Shown piece after piece: positions 5,614 through 7,062 of a DNA stretch of 7,062 nt (the stretch's first letter is position 1; every line of letters starts with the position of its first letter). The notes beneath the pieces are model-generated. The model was not told the DNA's origin. It did no database searches and saw only the letters and a list, made by a program, of their open reading frames with translations. This stretch comes from a virus. Taxonomy: Duplodnaviria; Heunggongvirae; Uroviricota; Caudoviricetes. Location: positions 1-7,062 of IMG/VR virus record IMGVR_UViG_2778261641_000004; one strand, written 5' to 3'. Both the position numbers and the translations under genes were made by a program.

Positions 5614-6369
5614 ATGCCCGTTTCTTTAAGCGATCAACTTGGTAGCAAAGAACAGGCCGATGTAAGACTTGCTGGCTCTGTCATGTCGGCGCTGCGTGTT
5701 TCTATGCCCGGCATCGTCCAGTCATTTGATCCGGACACGGTAACAGTGGTTGTTCAACCTGCGATTAAAGGCTATGAGCCGGACTCAAATGGAATCAACC
5801 AGTCGACGACATTACCCCTGCTGGTGGATGTGCCGGTGGTATTCCCGCGCGGCGGCGGCTGCACGTTAACTTTCCCGGTGAAAGCCGGCGATGAATGTCT
5901 GGTGATTTTTGCCGATCGCTGCATCGATTTCTGGTGGCAGAACGGCGGGGTACAGGAGCCTGTCGATGACAGAATGCATGATTTATCGGATGCGTTCTGT
6001 ATCGTCGGTCTGCAGTCTCAGGCGCAGAAAATCAGCGGAATCAGCACCAGCGCCGCGCAACTGCGTACTGATGATGGCGCTGCGTTTGTGGAAGTGGCCG
6101 CAGGCCATAACATCACGGTTAAAACCCCCGGCGCGCTGACGGCGACAGCAGAAGGTGGGACAACAATCACATCCCCGACTATCACGCTGAACGGCAACGT
6201 AACGATTAATGGCAATCTGTCTCAGGGAATGGGCGAAAGTGGCGGTACTGCGACGATGCTTGGCCCTGTCACGGTGACTAACGATGTAAAAGCTGGTGGT
6301 AAGAGCCTGATGACGCACACGCACGGCGGAGTACAGACCGGCGGCGGTAACACAGGAGCGCCTAACTGA
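5614..6369 (+). CDS. baseplate central spike protein (P2 gpV / phi92 gp138-like, OB-fold N-domain plus Gly-rich beta-helix with His apex), 251 aa
   Basis: GGAG 8 nt upstream of ATG 5614. The N-terminal pattern (LLVDVPVVFPRGGGCTLTFPVKAGDECLVIFADRCIDFWW) is OB-fold gpV/gp138-like. The C-terminus has Gly/Thr-rich repeats ending in KSLMTHTHGGVQTGGGNTGAPN, analogous to the P2 gpV apex (KVLHTHKHPGD...), where the HxH motif binds iron. Confidence 0.8.
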   Translation: MPVSLSDQLGSKEQADVRLAGSVMSALRVSMPGIVQSFDPDTVTVVVQPAIKGYEPDSNGINQSTTLPLLVDVPVVFPRGGGCTLTFPVKAGDECLVIFADRCIDFWWQNGGVQEPVDDRMHDLSDAFCIVGLQSQAQKISGISTSAAQLRTDDGAAFVEVAAGHNITVKTPGALTATAEGGTTITSPTITLNGNVTINGNLSQGMGESGGTATMLGPVTVTNDVKAGGKSLMTHTHGGVQTGGGNTGAPN

Positions 6370-6722
6370 TGCGATACAGACGTGAAGACGCCGATGGCGA
6401 TTATACCTTTGGCAGCGGTGATGACACCTGGCTGATTAACTCACCGGAGGCCGTGGCGCAGGCGGTAAAAACGCGATTCAAATTGTGGTATGGGCAATGG
6501 TTTCTCGATACCACCGAAGGGACTCCGTGGATCCAGTCCGTACTCGGTAAGCAGAAGCCGGAAACCTACAACCTGGCGATCCGTAAGCGCATCCTCGAAA
6601 CGCGGGGCGTTAAATCAATCCTCTCTTTCAATACGACGGTGGATACCACGACCCGACGTGTCATGTTTTCCGCTGAAATCGACACTCTTTATGGAATAAC
6701 GACTGTTACATCGGAGGCGTAA
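6369..6722 (+). CDS. small baseplate wedge protein (gpW/gp25-like or DUF-type baseplate protein), 117 aa
   Basis: ATG overlaps the spike stop (TGATG). Its size and its position between the spike and the baseplate-J gene match gpW/gp46-type proteins. The sequence-level match is not certain. Confidence 0.5.
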   Translation: MRYRREDADGDYTFGSGDDTWLINSPEAVAQAVKTRFKLWYGQWFLDTTEGTPWIQSVLGKQKPETYNLAIRKRILETRGVKSILSFNTTVDTTTRRVMFSAEIDTLYGITTVTSEA

Positions 6723-7062
6723 TGGCTCTGAACCTTGATTCTCTCGGTTTATCTGCAAAGGTAACCGCAGAGGGGATCAGTGCGCCTGATTATCAGACGA
6801 TACTCAGCACCCTGATTAGCTATTTTCAGCAGATTTATGGCAGTGATGCCTACCTCGAACCAGACAGCAAAGACGGCCAGATGGTGGCTCTGATGGCGCT
6901 GGCGATTCATGATGCCAATAATACTGCGATAACTGTCTACAACTGTTTTTCACCGGCAACCGGCTATGGGGCTGCACTGACCAGTAACGTGAAAATAAAT
7001 GGTATTTCACGTAAAGGCGCGACGAACTCTACGGTTGATTTGCTTCTTACAGGAACTGCCGG
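6722..7062 (+). CDS. baseplate J-like protein (P2 gpJ / Mu gp47 family), N-terminal 113 aa, 3'-truncated by window edge
   Basis: ATG overlaps the upstream TAA (TAATG) and the frame is open to the window end. The sequence (DYQTILSTLISYFQQIYG...ATGYGAALTSNVKINGISRKGATNSTVDLLLTG) fits the Baseplate_J N-terminal pattern. It is absent from the ORF track only because it has no stop in the window. Confidence 0.75.
   Translation, partial: MALNLDSLGLSAKVTAEGISAPDYQTILSTLISYFQQIYGSDAYLEPDSKDGQMVALMALAIHDANNTAITVYNCFSPATGYGAALTSNVKINGISRKGATNSTVDLLLTGTA

Noticed and set aside
5983-6324. 113-aa and 65-aa reverse ORFs, and the 76-aa + ORF at 5909..6139, within the spike gene.
   Set aside because: They lie in a GC-rich region where stop-free alternative frames are expected, and the in-frame spike protein has clear gpV/gp138 features.
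1-7062. Looked for CRISPR repeats, tRNA or other structured RNA genes, integrase or attachment sites, and IS elements.
   Set aside because: No spacer-repeat periodicity, no tRNA-like cloverleaf candidates, no recombinase-like ORF and no terminal inverted repeats typical of IS elements were seen.

Overview
This window reads as part of a prophage late (tail) region in an enterobacterial-type genome, with everything convincing on the + strand except one gene. A contractile-tail-style baseplate cluster runs 5'-truncated tape-measure-like ORF (1..873), two small tail proteins, a hub-like protein (1832..2863), then a central spike (5614..6369, gpV/gp138-like), a small wedge-like protein and the start of a baseplate-J-like protein. 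It is interrupted between hub and spike by a ~2.7 kb accessory block (2860..5594). That block carries a signal-peptide protein, then a module resembling the phage P22 immI region: a divergent Mnt-like repressor (3220..3540, - strand), an Arc-like repressor (3652..3825), a BRO-N-type antirepressor (3899..4525), a second antirepressor-like gene (4613..5338) and a coupled 73-aa ORF. Two near-identical intrinsic terminators bracket the block. The most interesting signals are a dense operator/promoter architecture in the mnt-arc intergenic region and a reverse-strand terminator with a candidate antisense promoter placed to give a ~70-nt sar-like RNA over the start of the second antirepressor gene. 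All homology calls are from reading the translations against remembered family patterns; no searches or computations were run.
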